A stretch of 64,000 bases of DNA, taken from NCBI RefSeq assembly GCF_964355755.1, contig NC_092673.1:22875648-22939647 (forward strand). The letters are read 5' to 3'. The translations under genes and the position numbers were made by a program. The notes under the pieces are model-generated. The model saw only the letters and a program-made list of their open reading frames with translations. It was not told the origin of the DNA and made no database searches. Shown here piece by piece: positions 50,101 to 61,790 of the stretch (position 1 is its first letter; each line of letters starts with the position of its first letter). Source of the DNA: Antedon mediterranea (taxonomy: Eukaryota; Animalia; Echinodermata).

Positions 50101-50968
50101 TATATAGATTCAAAATATCGGGGGGTGCCAAGTGTCCAACGTCCGGTATGGCGGCCATCTTGATTTCAAAATGGCCACCATAAAAACAAAAAATGTTCAT
50201 ATCTTGGCAACTATACACATTAGAGACTTAATTCTGGTCTCAAATTGTTCACAAACTATATATTTCTATTTGCTCTAATGAAAAGTTTCGTCCAAAAATG
50301 ACCGGAAATGACGTTTCTTACAGTTTAACCTTTGACCTCGTATTTGTATATCTCTGTAACTACTGGTCATTTTCAATCGATTTTGGTGTCATTTTGTTCA
50401 GAATAAATACATTTATATTTGTAGTAATGAAACATTTTCACATAAAATGACCGGAAATACAATTTATGACCTTTGACATTAATTTATTGATTTTTAATTA
50501 TGTGAATATACTGTAGGTGGTTTTTGTTGGTCTAAAGTGCACCTAATTTTGAACTTTAACCTGATAGGCGTAATTATATTAAATGATTAATGGACTTAAA
50601 TTGTATATAGTACATAAAATTGGTAAACATTGTGCTTGGTGGTACCATTAGTTCAATGATGTTGGCACCTTCTGATTCGCTAAAAGTTAGTTTGACAGAG
50701 GAAATAACATACATGTTATTGAATACCGTAAAACCTCGAAAAGGTGATAGTATGAGCTTCTTTTCGAGACAGACTGTATTTGATTGTCAAATGAATAGTA
50801 TGATGATCGTGTTTATATCAATATATTATTAATGACCTTACAAAGAACCCTTTCTATTTCAACAATTAAGCCACAGTTATTCTACAATAAAATTTATTGT
50901 TTTCAAGTGGTAGGCCTATTTTGATTGCATCTTATTTTTGTATGCTTCCTCGGTTAATATGGTCCTAA

Positions 50969-51248
50969 CCCTCCTTCTTTGTCTGTGGATGGTCTTATAC
51001 CCGCTTCTGTGTCTGTTGATCGTATTATTACACCCCTTTCTTTATGTGTGGATGGTCTTACACCCATTTCTTTGTCTGTAGATGGTCTTACACCACCCCC
51101 TTCTTTGTCTGTGGATAGTCTTTAAGCACCCTTCTTTGTCTGTGGATGGTCTTACACCACTTTCTTTGTCTGTGGACGGTCTTATACCCCTTTCTTTGTC
51201 TGTGGATGGTCTTATACCCCCTTCTGTGTCTGTTGATGGTATTACACC
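50969..51248. repeat. 30-bp minisatellite, left part
   Basis: Unit tctttgtctgtggatggtcttacacccctt. Confidence 0.9.
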
Positions 51249-51403
51249 TGTCATGATAATGTATATTACTAATACACCGCCCTCTATGTTTAATAAGGAT
51301 ACACGAATAAAAGTACACGGATGTAACATGGCCGACTAGAAACGAACCACGTTGTTGTGTTTGCTTATTGTAAATCGCCTCCTACCCCTCCACATATATG
51401 ACA
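51249..51403 (+). repeat. 5' LTR
   Basis: tgtcatgataatg...catatatgaca; contains AATAAA. Confidence 0.95.
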
Positions 51404-51474
51404 TGGTGACAGCGACGGGATTATTTTGATTATCGACACACATAGAAAGACGTCGAGTATACAGAAAACAAGGC

Positions 51475-53502
51475 ATGGCGAAATTAGCAGCGCCAGCCAA
51501 TTTTAACTTTTCCCAACCGGCGGCATGGCCCGAGTGGCGCCTCCGCTTTGAACGATATCGAACGGCTACAAAGCTACACAAGGAAGACGGCGATATACAA
51601 GTTAGTACCTTAATATATGCGATGGGGATGGAGGCTGAAACCATTTTCAAATCTTTTACCTTCACCGAAGATGAGGACAAACAAAATTACATTAAAGTAA
51701 GAGATAAATTTAATGAACATTTTATCCCCAAAATAAACGTTATTCACGAACGAGCACAATTCTTCCAACAACAGCAACGTGAGGGAGAAACCGTCGAGGA
51801 GTACGTGCGTGAACTATATGATATGGCTGAAAAATGTGATTTTCAAAGCCCAGTGGTCAAAAGCGAAAACATCAGAGATAGAATTGTCGTTGGTCTAAAA
51901 GACAAAAAGGTTTCAAAGGAACTTCAACTTATGACAAAGCTTACGCTTGAGGGCGCTATACAATTAGCAAGAAATGCTGAACTTGTTGATAAACAAATGG
52001 CAAACCAACTGGATTTTAGCTCATCCAGCAAAGTCGAAGCAGCTATTGCAAGCGTAGGACATGGTAGACAAACCAGCAGATACAGACCTAGGGTAAGCGA
52101 ACCTAGAATAAGTAATGACAATACAAACTATAAATATAACCACACCGGTGGAAGAAACACCCAACAATGTGGCCGGTGCGGATATGTACATCAAAGTACA
52201 ACCTGTCCAGCGAAAAGTGCAGAATGCCGTCGCTGCAACAAAAAGGGACACTTTGCAAAATGTTGCCGCACTAAAGGAGTGGGGGAACTATCATTGACAA
52301 ACGAACCAGTTGAGGAAGAGGAGGAGTACTTGTTAGATACTGTCACATGTAATGATAACGATGAGGAGCCTTGGCTAGTAAATTTGAAAGTTGGAAACAC
52401 TACGATCAAATTCAAAATTGATTCAGGAGCTGATGCTACAATAATATCCGAACATGCATATAATCAACTAAAGCCAAAACCAAAGTTAACTCCAACACAC
52501 ATTATTCTCAAGAGCCTAACAACAAAATTAGTGTCACTAGGCAAGTTTACAGTCAAAACAATGTATAACAATGAAAGTTACACATTTGATATCCATGTGA
52601 CTAGAGGAACTATGAGTAATCTATTAAGTCGCAGCACGTCGTCAAAGATGGGGCTTATTACTGCTAACATACAGGAGATCAATAGTACCACTATTGGACT
52701 GTGGAAAACTGAACCGGTAAAAATTCGTCTAAAAGAAGGAGCTGTCCCGTACCACATTAACGCACCGCGAAGAGTACCATTGCCTCTACTGCCAAAGGTG
52801 GAAAAAGAGTTACAGAAAATGGAAGAAGCCGGTGTGATTGAAAAGGTTACTGAGCCTACAGAATGGTGTGCCCCGATGGCAGTAACTCTAAAAAAGTCTG
52901 GGGATGCTCGTCTATGCGTTGATTTACGCCAACTGAACAAGTCCGTCCAAAGAGAGAGATATATTCTTCCAACGATAGATGATATAACACACAAGTTGGC
53001 GGGCGCCACAGTATTCTCAGCGTTAGACGCAACTAGTGGCTATTATCAGGTTCCGTTATGCCAAGAGAGTTCAAAACTCACAACGTTCATAACACCAATG
53101 GGACGATACCTTTTCAGACGACTGCCCTTTGGCATAACAAGTGCCAGCGAAATATTTCAAAGAAAGATGCAGGACATGCTACAAAACGTCGAAGGCATTG
53201 TTGTAGTGCAAGATGACATATTAATATCTGGACGCACAATGGTGGAACATGACAAAAGGTTACAGCAAGTTTACAAATTAGTTAATGAGGCTGGCCTTAA
53301 ATTAAATAAAAACAAGTGCCAAATCCGAAAACAAGAACTTATATACATGGGTGAGAAATTCACCGCAGCAGGCACAAGCGTAGACCCAAACAAGACAAAA
53401 GCTATCTGCAATCTTCAGTCACCAACAAATGTCAGCGAATTGAGACGTATACTCGGTATGGTTAATTACGTGGGTCGCTACATTCCTAATCAAGACCCAT
53501 GA
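51475..53502 (+). CDS. Gypsy Gag-protease-RT polyprotein (N-terminal part)
   Basis: Two Cys/His knuckles (CGRCGYVH..C and CRRCNKKGHFAKCC), protease IDSGAD, RT LDATSGYYQ / LPFGI / VQDD. Confidence 0.93.
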   Translation: MAKLAAPANFNFSQPAAWPEWRLRFERYRTATKLHKEDGDIQVSTLIYAMGMEAETIFKSFTFTEDEDKQNYIKVRDKFNEHFIPKINVIHERAQFFQQQQREGETVEEYVRELYDMAEKCDFQSPVVKSENIRDRIVVGLKDKKVSKELQLMTKLTLEGAIQLARNAELVDKQMANQLDFSSSSKVEAAIASVGHGRQTSRYRPRVSEPRISNDNTNYKYNHTGGRNTQQCGRCGYVHQSTTCPAKSAECRRCNKKGHFAKCCRTKGVGELSLTNEPVEEEEEYLLDTVTCNDNDEEPWLVNLKVGNTTIKFKIDSGADATIISEHAYNQLKPKPKLTPTHIILKSLTTKLVSLGKFTVKTMYNNESYTFDIHVTRGTMSNLLSRSTSSKMGLITANIQEINSTTIGLWKTEPVKIRLKEGAVPYHINAPRRVPLPLLPKVEKELQKMEEAGVIEKVTEPTEWCAPMAVTLKKSGDARLCVDLRQLNKSVQRERYILPTIDDITHKLAGATVFSALDATSGYYQVPLCQESSKLTTFITPMGRYLFRRLPFGITSASEIFQRKMQDMLQNVEGIVVVQDDILISGRTMVEHDKRLQQVYKLVNEAGLKLNKNKCQIRKQELIYMGEKFTAAGTSVDPNKTKAICNLQSPTNVSELRRILGMVNYVGRYIPNQDP

Positions 53503-55346
53503 CAGAATTGTTAAAAGACTCAAACGCATGGACATGGGGTCAAGTACAGGAAGACGCATTTGCGCAAATCAAGAAACTTATTACAGAAGCACAGACATTA
53601 ACGTATTATGACTCAACTAAACCAATCACCGTATCAGCAGATGCTAGCAGCTTCGGACTGGGAGCAGTCTTAATGCAAGAAGAGGAAAACAAATTAAAAG
53701 TGATAGCATATGCATCTCGCACATTGACCGAGAGTGAACGCAGATACGCTCAAATAGAAAAGGAACTATTAGCATCAGTATGGGCTAGTGAACGATTTCA
53801 TCGGTATCTCTGTGGACTAGAAAAATATGAGCTACTTACCGACCACAAACCACTAGTCCCACTCATCAACAGTACTGATCTTGATAAAATTCCTATAAGA
53901 TGTCAACGACTAATCATGAGGCTAATGAGATACAACCCCAAAGCAAAACACGTACCTGGGAAGGACATGGTTATTGCAGACACGTTGTCCAGAAGCCCTA
54001 TAAACACAAATGAATCAAACACAGAGCAAGCTGTAGCACTCTATCTAGAGTCAATAACAAACACCTGGTCAGTCTCTCCATCCAGACTTAAGCGGATAAA
54101 AGAAGCAACTAAACGTGAATGCCAAACGCTCATGAAAGTCATACTGGAAGGATGGCCAAAGCATTTCAGCGACACTCCTGATAGCATAAAACCATTGCAT
54201 AGTTTAGGAAGTCACTTCTCTATTGATGATGGAATTATAACCTTTGATGACAAGATATACATCCCCACTGTTATGAGAAGCGAAATCTTACAGAGAATTC
54301 ATGACGGACACCAAGGTGTTACAAAATGTAGAGAGCGGGCAAAATCATGTGTTTGGTGGAATGGCCTCAGTAAGGACATAGCTAACTTTGTTGAAAAATG
54401 TAGTCACTGTCAACTCTACAAGAGAACACAGAAGAAGGAGCCATTAATAACAACACCACTACCGGACCGACCCTGGCAACGAATAGCTACCGACCTATGT
54501 GAGTTTCAAAACAACCACTACCTCATAATATCCGATTACTTTTCAAGATATATTGAAATCACAAACCTTAAAAAAGTCACAACAAGCATGAGAGTAGTAG
54601 AAGCGATTAAAACTGTTTGCGCTAGATGGGGAATCCCCGAAACGGTCATCTCCGACAACGGACCCCAGTTCACTTCACGTCAATTTAAACTATTTGCAGA
54701 AGAATTTGGGTTTCACCATGTAACAACCAGCCCACACTTCGCACAAGCAAATGGTACAGCAGAGCGTGCAGTCCAAACAGCGAAAACTATGCTAAGACAA
54801 ACAGACCCAACGTTGGCACTTATGATATATCGATCAACGCCCATTGAAGCAACAGGCTATAGTCCTGCACAATTGATAATGGGACGCCAGCCGAAAACTA
54901 CACTACCAATACAAGTAAAGAAGCTTCAACCAGAATGGCCTAGCATAAACAAATTAAAGGAAAAAGATAAAGAAACAAAGAAACGTTACGAGCACTATTA
55001 TAATAAACGACACGGGACCAAATCACTACCAGAATTGGAACCAGGTGACGTTGTACGTGTTAAGACATGCCACGATAAAATTTGGTCGAGTCCAGTAAAT
55101 GTTGCAAGTGAAACAGATCATCCAAGATCCTACATTGTCCAGACTGCAAGCGGACAACTAAGGAGAAATCGTCAAAACTTACAGCAAAACACAGGTCACA
55201 CTGATACCCACCTAGAACAATATCAAAACCGTATTCCAGAAACCAACAACAACACTACAACCGACGTAGCATCACCACAACCAAACCAGAGCTACACAAC
55301 TCGTGCTGGACGTCGAGTGAAGTCAGTCAACAAACTTGACTTGTGA
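53499..55346 (+). CDS. Gypsy RNase H-integrase (C-terminal part, frameshifted)
   Basis: ADASSFGLGAVL, YAQIEKELLA, TDHKPL, HDGHQGVTKC...CSHC, SDNGPQF, AERAVQT. Confidence 0.93.
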   Translation: MTELLKDSNAWTWGQVQEDAFAQIKKLITEAQTLTYYDSTKPITVSADASSFGLGAVLMQEEENKLKVIAYASRTLTESERRYAQIEKELLASVWASERFHRYLCGLEKYELLTDHKPLVPLINSTDLDKIPIRCQRLIMRLMRYNPKAKHVPGKDMVIADTLSRSPINTNESNTEQAVALYLESITNTWSVSPSRLKRIKEATKRECQTLMKVILEGWPKHFSDTPDSIKPLHSLGSHFSIDDGIITFDDKIYIPTVMRSEILQRIHDGHQGVTKCRERAKSCVWWNGLSKDIANFVEKCSHCQLYKRTQKKEPLITTPLPDRPWQRIATDLCEFQNNHYLIISDYFSRYIEITNLKKVTTSMRVVEAIKTVCARWGIPETVISDNGPQFTSRQFKLFAEEFGFHHVTTSPHFAQANGTAERAVQTAKTMLRQTDPTLALMIYRSTPIEATGYSPAQLIMGRQPKTTLPIQVKKLQPEWPSINKLKEKDKETKKRYEHYYNKRHGTKSLPELEPGDVVRVKTCHDKIWSSPVNVASETDHPRSYIVQTASGQLRRNRQNLQQNTGHTDTHLEQYQNRIPETNNNTTTDVASPQPNQSYTTRAGRRVKSVNKLDL

Positions 55347-55636
55347 ACTTTTACACACAAAATATGTTGTGCAACGTTGTGCACCTTTATTGTTTAAGAT
55401 GGAATTCGTTATTTTGAACTTTTGGACATTGTTTATTAGTTAATGTTTCTGTGGCTCATGACTATTAATGACAATGCTATCGTCTCGATAAATAAGACCA
55501 ACAATACAGTATCAATACTTTAATGCATTTATTACTAATTAGCATAATAATATAGCACAACCACTGACTTAATAATATTTAATGATTTATACTATAATTA
55601 ATAATATTCTGTTCTTTGAACTCAAAGTAAGGAAGA

Positions 55637-55791
55637 TGTCATGATAATGTATATTACTAATACACCGCCCTCTATGTTTAATAAGGATACACGAATAAAA
55701 GTACACGGATGTAACATGGCCGACTAGAAACGAACCACGTTGTTGTGTTTGCTTATTGTAAATCGCCTCCTACCCCTCCACATATATGACA
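55637..55791 (+). repeat. 3' LTR
   Basis: Appears identical to 51249-51403. Confidence 0.95.
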
Positions 55792-56964
55792 ACACCCCTT
55801 TCTTTGTCTGTTGATGGTATTACACCCCTTTCTTTGTCTGTTGATGGTATTAAACCCCTTTCTTTGTGTGTGGATGGTCTTACACCCCTGTCTTTGTCTG
55901 TAGCTGGTCTTACACCCCTTCTTTGTCTGTGGGTGGTCTTACATCCCCTTCTTTGTCTGTGGATGGTCCGATGGTCCTACACCCCCTTTGTTGTCTGTGG
56001 ATGGTCTTATACCCCTTCTTTGTCTGTAAGTGGTCCTATACCCCTTTCTTTGTCAGTGGTGGATGGTCTTACACCCCCTTTGTCTGTGGACGGTTTTACA
56101 CCCCCTTCTTTGTCTGTGGATGGTCTTACACCCCTTTCTTTTTCTGTGGACGGTTTTATACCCCCTTCTGTGCCTGTGGGTGATCTTATACCCCCTTCTT
56201 TGTCTGTTGATGGTATTGCACCCCTTTCTTTGTCCGTTGATGGTATTACACCCCTTTTTTGTATGTGGATGGTCTTATACACCACTTTCTTGGTGTATGG
56301 ATGGTCTTGCACTCCTTTAATTTGTCTGTGGATGGTCTTACACCCCCTTCTTTATCTGTGGATGGTCTTATTTCTTTGTCTGTGGATGGTCTTATACCCC
56401 CCTTCTTTGTCTGTGGATGGTCTTATATCCCTTCTTTGTCTGTGGATGGTCTTCTCCGGCCCCTTCTTTGTCTGTGGATGGTCCTACACCCCCTTCTTTG
56501 TCTGTGGATGGTTCTACATCCCTTATTTGGCTGGGGATGGTCTTATACCCTCTTCTTTGTCTGTAAGTGGTCCTATACCCATTTCTTTGTCAGTGGATGG
56601 TCTTGTACCCCCTTCTTTGTCTGTGGACGGTCCTACGCCCCCTTCTTTGTCTGTGGATGGTCATATACCCCTTTTTTTTGTCAGTGGATGGTCTTAATTA
56701 TACCCCCTTCTTTGTCTGTGGACGGTCCTACATCCCCTTCTTTGTCTGTAGATGGCCTTACACCCCTTTCTTTGTCTGTTGTAGATGGTCTTATACCTCC
56801 TTCTTTGTGTGTGGATGGTCTTACACCCACTTCTTTGTCTGTGGATGGTCTTACACCCCCTTTTTTTGTCTGTGGATGGTCTTATACCCTCTTCTTTGTA
56901 TGTGGATGGTCTTACAACCCCTTCTTTGTCTGTGGATGGTCTTACACCCCCTTCTTTGTCTGGA
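55792..56964. repeat. 30-bp minisatellite, right part
   Basis: Same unit as 50969-51248; resumes directly after the Gypsy element. Confidence 0.92.
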
Positions 56965-58566
56965 CCCACTACTTTGATTGAATTAGACATTGTTTCTTGT
57001 ATGATTAGGAAGGAAACCAAGACCTTTAAAGTGAAAGTCCACAGGTGGATGCCTAAACAGGTCTTGTACAGAACAGTATATGGTAGGTCCATGTCACTAA
57101 TTTGAGGATTACTTGAATAATTATATTGAGATGTCTTTTACGAATTGATTTAGTTCGGATTTTGCTAAAACTTCAATGACTAGAGAAAATCGAGGAAAAG
57201 GATTCAGATGAAAGGTTTACAGCAAAGGCCCGGGCATTAGCATAAAAATGGAGTACATTTTTTTAGATGCAACGAAAAAACGATTGACACATCACAGTTT
57301 AGCAAACATGTCGGCATAGATGAGCTCAGTGATCTGTCATACTTTATGCCTATCCTATCACATCAAAAGTTAAAAATTCAAAATAATAATTCCGTGTCAT
57401 TTATTTCGGTAAAAAAATTAGGTGTTATACCAATTAAACCACATACAGTATGTTCACATAATTATATATGTCAAAGGTTATAAAGTGTATTTCCAGTCAT
57501 TTTATGTGAAAATGTTTCATTACTACAAATATAAATGTCTCTATTCTGAACAAAATGACACCAAAATCGATTGAAAATGATCAGTAGTTACTGAGATATA
57601 CAGATAAGAGGTCAAAGGTCAAACTGGAAGAAACGTCATTTCCGGTCATTTTTGGTACAAACTTTTCATTAGAGCAAATAGAAATATGTGGTTTGTGAAC
57701 AATTTAACACCAGAATCAAGTCTCTACTGTTTATAGTTGCCAAGATATGAACACTTTTTGTTTTTATGGTGGCCATTTTTAAATCAAGATGGCCGCCACA
57801 CCGGACGTTGGACACTTGGCACCCCCCGATATTTTGAATCTATATACATCAAAGAAACTTTGTGGAAAGTTTCATGCTTTGGTAATAAAGTGCACAACTT
57901 GGCTATTTTTATGGCGTTAACTGCTCTACTATAGTTCATTCGTCCATAGGCGCGCGGCCTATAGTTACTATAAGGGTTTTATTTTTATTACAAATTGCCT
58001 ATTTAGGCCTATATTTTTTAATAAACTTTGTTTACAGATGGTGATGGTGACCATAAACAAAAAGCAAATGCGGACAATAAAAGGGGCCCTCAAATACTAT
58101 GATTTAGACAATAGGCCTATAGCCCCCAGATCTTAGTTACACAAATCAGCGCACACATGCAGCTGGCCCCAGCCTGGCAAACAAACTCATATACCGAGGC
58201 TATATAGCATGGTTATAGTACGTAGTAGGCCTCTTTTGAAACAGTAAATTTCTGTATTCTAGAATTAAAATCAACATATTTTAGCCTTTCAATATAATAA
58301 CAGACGTAGGCCTAGGCTACATTTAGTTTTGTCACACGACAGGGATAATAGCGATAAATAAAGCATAATAAAGAAAATGTTAAGGCTTAAGCCGCCGGTT
58401 GATCACTGTTTTCGCGATATGAAAAAAATCCCAAGTCCTTATACGATGACGTCACACATGTACCAGCACCCCATTGGCTGACTATGACGTAATGTAATTT
58501 TACCGTACCTTTAGCAAACGGAAGTTAGGATACGGTACCGTATCTTTAGTCAAAGCGAAAATTAAT

Positions 58567-58732
58567 ACCGAAAACAAATTTGTATAATATTTTTTTTAAA
58601 TGTCGCCCTCTACTCATGATGGGTGTTTCTAAAGCTAAGACCATGCAGAGAGAAAACCGCGCGCGCAAATGCCAAGGAAGACCCTACGAAATGGTAGTAG
58701 TATAGTGTGCACAAAATACAACTCAAAATCGT
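58567..58732. mobile_element. Solo TIR fragment of the 35025-37607 family
   Basis: accgaaaacaaatttgtataat...gtcgccctcta...gggtgtttctaaagctaagacc...gtgtgcacaaaatacaactcaaaatcgt. Confidence 0.8.
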
Positions 58733-60106
58733 CCGCGGTCCGGTCCCGATCGTCTGTTCCCCACATCAAATATACCATCTTATGGCACATGTACTCACAC
58801 GCTTTTGTTCGTACCTGATGCTGTCCCGTCCGGGTACTGTCCGAAACCACTGCAACCTCCATGGACCATAGAATAGTCCATACCGTGTTGTACGCGGGAT
58901 GATATGATAAGCACTTTTGTTAATCGACTGAAAGTCGCGTATTTGGAGGATTCTGTGTTCATTTCACTACCCAAGACGTTTAACTTATTTATAAAACTTT
59001 TTTTTCGTTCCTTTCTGCCGAATCTGTCATTTCAGCCGCCGGTTATGGGAATTTCCAAATTCATGAAACGCCAAAAAGGACAAAATATGTGTTCTGTTAA
59101 AGAAGAAGCCTTATATTAACTTTTATATATGCATATTCTGATATTTCTTTTAATATGAATAATTAATTATTTCCTTTTTTACATTTGTTTGCTGCGTAAG
59201 ATAATTTGTTTATTATAATGGTCATGTTGAGAATTAAAACTCTCCCTCTCTCACCATACATTTGTCTTTAATTCTTCATTCCGGTGAAAACGCATAGTGA
59301 CCGCGCAGAGTCACTAAACTTTTTTTTTAGTGTTTAAAATTCAGAAAAAAATGTGCGGCCCCTCAATAAACGTGAGTATGCCAAATGTAAGCACGTACCA
59401 TTCAACGGTTTCGGAGAAAATACGTAAAAAATGCGAACAATTTAGTAGCATAAATATATAGATCTTTGACCATGGAGTGGTTTGGTCACCTACTATTATC
59501 AATTTGAATAAATCGATTAAACAACTCTGTTCTAGACATTCCATGTACTTGAGACAAAGGACCCAACCAAAATCACAATATTAATTAAGGGCTTCACGGG
59601 GTGTAATATAACCAGACTTGCCCCGAGTCTGTAGTTATTGTCGTTTCGATTTTTGTCAAGATTATACCTTATGAAATATATGCCAAAATATTCATCTTTT
59701 TATTAATATTAAAATGAAACTCAGACTAGTAAATATCGTGCCATTTGTCGTTGAAGCTTTTCTAGGTCTTAATTATCTTTCATTACAAACACTTTGCATA
59801 ATTTATACTTCCAAAATATATTACCTTAATAAACTGTATTAGATTAGATATAATTGGTGAAAACACACACCCTTGCTTTTTACACCTTTATGGATATTAA
59901 ATTCATCTGTCCTATCTAAGTTAAGTTTTCCCTCTTACACCTGCGTCCCAACAACCAACCACTGTGGTACATAACATAGGTTGTATATAGTTGACGTAAC
60001 AACTGGCAAAACATGGTCGTCGAGACGCCAAAGAAGTGTAATTTTTGCCTTTTAAAGTGTTTATCCCAGGTTCGTAACATAGCCTATCGTGTGCGGCTTA
60101 TAAAAA

Positions 60107-60380
60107 TAAGGCCATGTACATGGTTGCAGTCGCGTGCTCAAGTTAGTGTTTACCAAGCAACCGACCGACCGACATAGTGAACTGTATAAGAGTATAACAA
60201 AGGCCAACAGCCATAAGTCGCGTGCTCTCAGAAAAAAATAAACTTTCAAAAAGTAATGTACTTTAAAACTTGTCTGTACATCAAAACAGTTCAAAAAGTA
60301 CAGAAAAGCGATAAAACGCATAGTGATACAGGACCGACAGACCGACCGACCGACATATTGAGTCGCGTCCACGCGACTAA
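60107..60380. mobile_element. Short DINE-1/HINE-like elements of a second family (two joined copies)
   Basis: Repeated aaggcca...agtcgcgtgctc starts, (gacc)n microsatellites, and a terminal hairpin AGTCGCGT-cc-ACGCGACT. Confidence 0.55.
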
Positions 60381-60479
60381 TAAATAAGGGTGAGCATTAA
60401 TTTAGAACGAATAGTGCGTATACTTACGATATTGCAGTGCCAGCAACGTGTTAGTCTAGTAAGACTTCAAAATGTCAAA

Positions 60480-61790
60480 ATTGTTGTAAACAGGTTGGCT
60501 CTATATGTAATGTAGACGAGGAAGAATTAAACTACACTCTGATGAAGCAAGGCACACAGTTGATATTTTACTAAACGTAACAAGCAATTTATACAAAAAC
60601 ATCAACATAGCGTGATCAAATGTTTGCTTTGTACCATTGTCCTTGGTTAAAACTAGGCCCAAAATTGATAAGAATTTCTGTGAAATCTTGATAATGATGT
60701 GTAACTTTACAAACTATCACATCCGTCACAAATTACAAAAGAACAAACATACTAATCTTCTTCGAAAACATGTAGCTTTACAAAGCAAAATAAATCGCAA
60801 CAAAGGTCATATGTTAAATTTAAAACTCAATCTTTAATTAAATAATATCTATTAAGAAATATTGAATTTTCTTTTTCATAAAAACAAAATTACCAGTCAT
60901 CCGACTTTCAGAAACTTGGTTTAATATCAAATTATAAAATTACAACTGTGGCTGATCGTCAAGACCTACGAAGTGCTGGTGTTACATTTGTTACAATTCT
61001 GCTACTGTTCTTGAATTTTCTCAAAATATCAAATTACTTAACTAATTGTACTGAATAAACAATAACAAGACTTTAAATCTCATATATTCAAAATGTTAAT
61101 AGAATTAATTATATGGAAAGAATTTTAAAGATGGAAGACGAACGTTGGCCTAGGATATTACTGAAAACACTAGTTAAATTGACAGAGAACTTTAATGATC
61201 TATCATTTAAAATTTCATTTATGTGTTCAAAATATCATTGATAATTGTGGTACACATAATATTTTTTCTGATATTCGAAATGGTAATGATAACTTTGATG
61301 CCAACTGGGCTTCCAATACAAAAATAATTATGAAAGAAGATGGTAAATGTAAAACGTCAATTGAATATTATATGTAGGCCTATATAAAAAATGAACCAAA
61401 ACTTGAACAGTATCTACTTGATAAAATTGACTTTGAAGGAGCATCGTTAAAATTTAAGCTGCGATTAAACACCCTTCCCCTTGAAAGAAAAACATCTAAA
61501 TGGTCAAATGACCCTAATGCTAATGGTTGTTGTAAATTGTGCAACAGAAATGAAGAAACCATTATGCACTTTCTCTTAACATGTACGGTACCACTGTAGA
61601 AGAAGACAGAAAAGACCAAATTGCTAAATTCCAACTTTTGGAATGTAATCATTTTATTTCTATTTCTCTTTATTCAACAAAACCCTTCTTATTCTAGGAA
61701 ATGACCACCACCTTTAATCGACAAATTCTGTAAATCATTGGCTAAATCTTTATGGAAGAAGCGCTGTGCTATTTTAAACTACTAATGTCA
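60480..61790 (+). pseudogene. Degenerate LINE ORF2, related to 42600-44350
   Basis: ERILKMEDERWPRILLK and EPKLEQYLLDKIDFEGASLKFKLRLNTLPL...CKLCNRNEETIMHFLLTC. Confidence 0.72.

Larger units (their letters stand above)
51249..55791 (+). mobile_element. Full-length Ty3/Gypsy LTR retrotransposon (Mag-like)
   Basis: 155-bp TG...CA LTRs, 5-bp TSD ACACC, PBS TGGTGACAGCG at 51404, PPT aaagtaaggaaga at 55624-55636, and gag-PR-RT-RH-IN domain order. Confidence 0.96.
50026..57931. mobile_element. Academ-like non-autonomous DNA transposon
   Basis: Imperfect TIRs of about 500 bp beginning TAGTAGAGCAGTTAA and ending TTAACTGCTCTACTA, a 3-bp TSD TAG, and caagatggccgcc motifs in the TIRs. Confidence 0.72.
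49598..58557. mobile_element. MULE-like TIR element (outer layer of nest)
   Basis: TIRs of about 145 bp (ctaaagatacggtaccgtatcctaacttccg... at 49598-49740 versus 58413-58557) and a 9-bp TSD AAAATTAAT. Confidence 0.82.

Noticed and set aside
50700-50830. Possible transposase remnants inside the Academ-like element (also 57100-57370)
   Set aside because: No motif identifiable with confidence without a profile search.
51336-53009. Minus-strand ORFs within Gypsy
   Set aside because: Antisense shadows of gag-pol with no recognisable domains.
55866-57105. Multiple overlapping long ORFs
   Set aside because: Arise from the 30-bp minisatellite in several frames at once.
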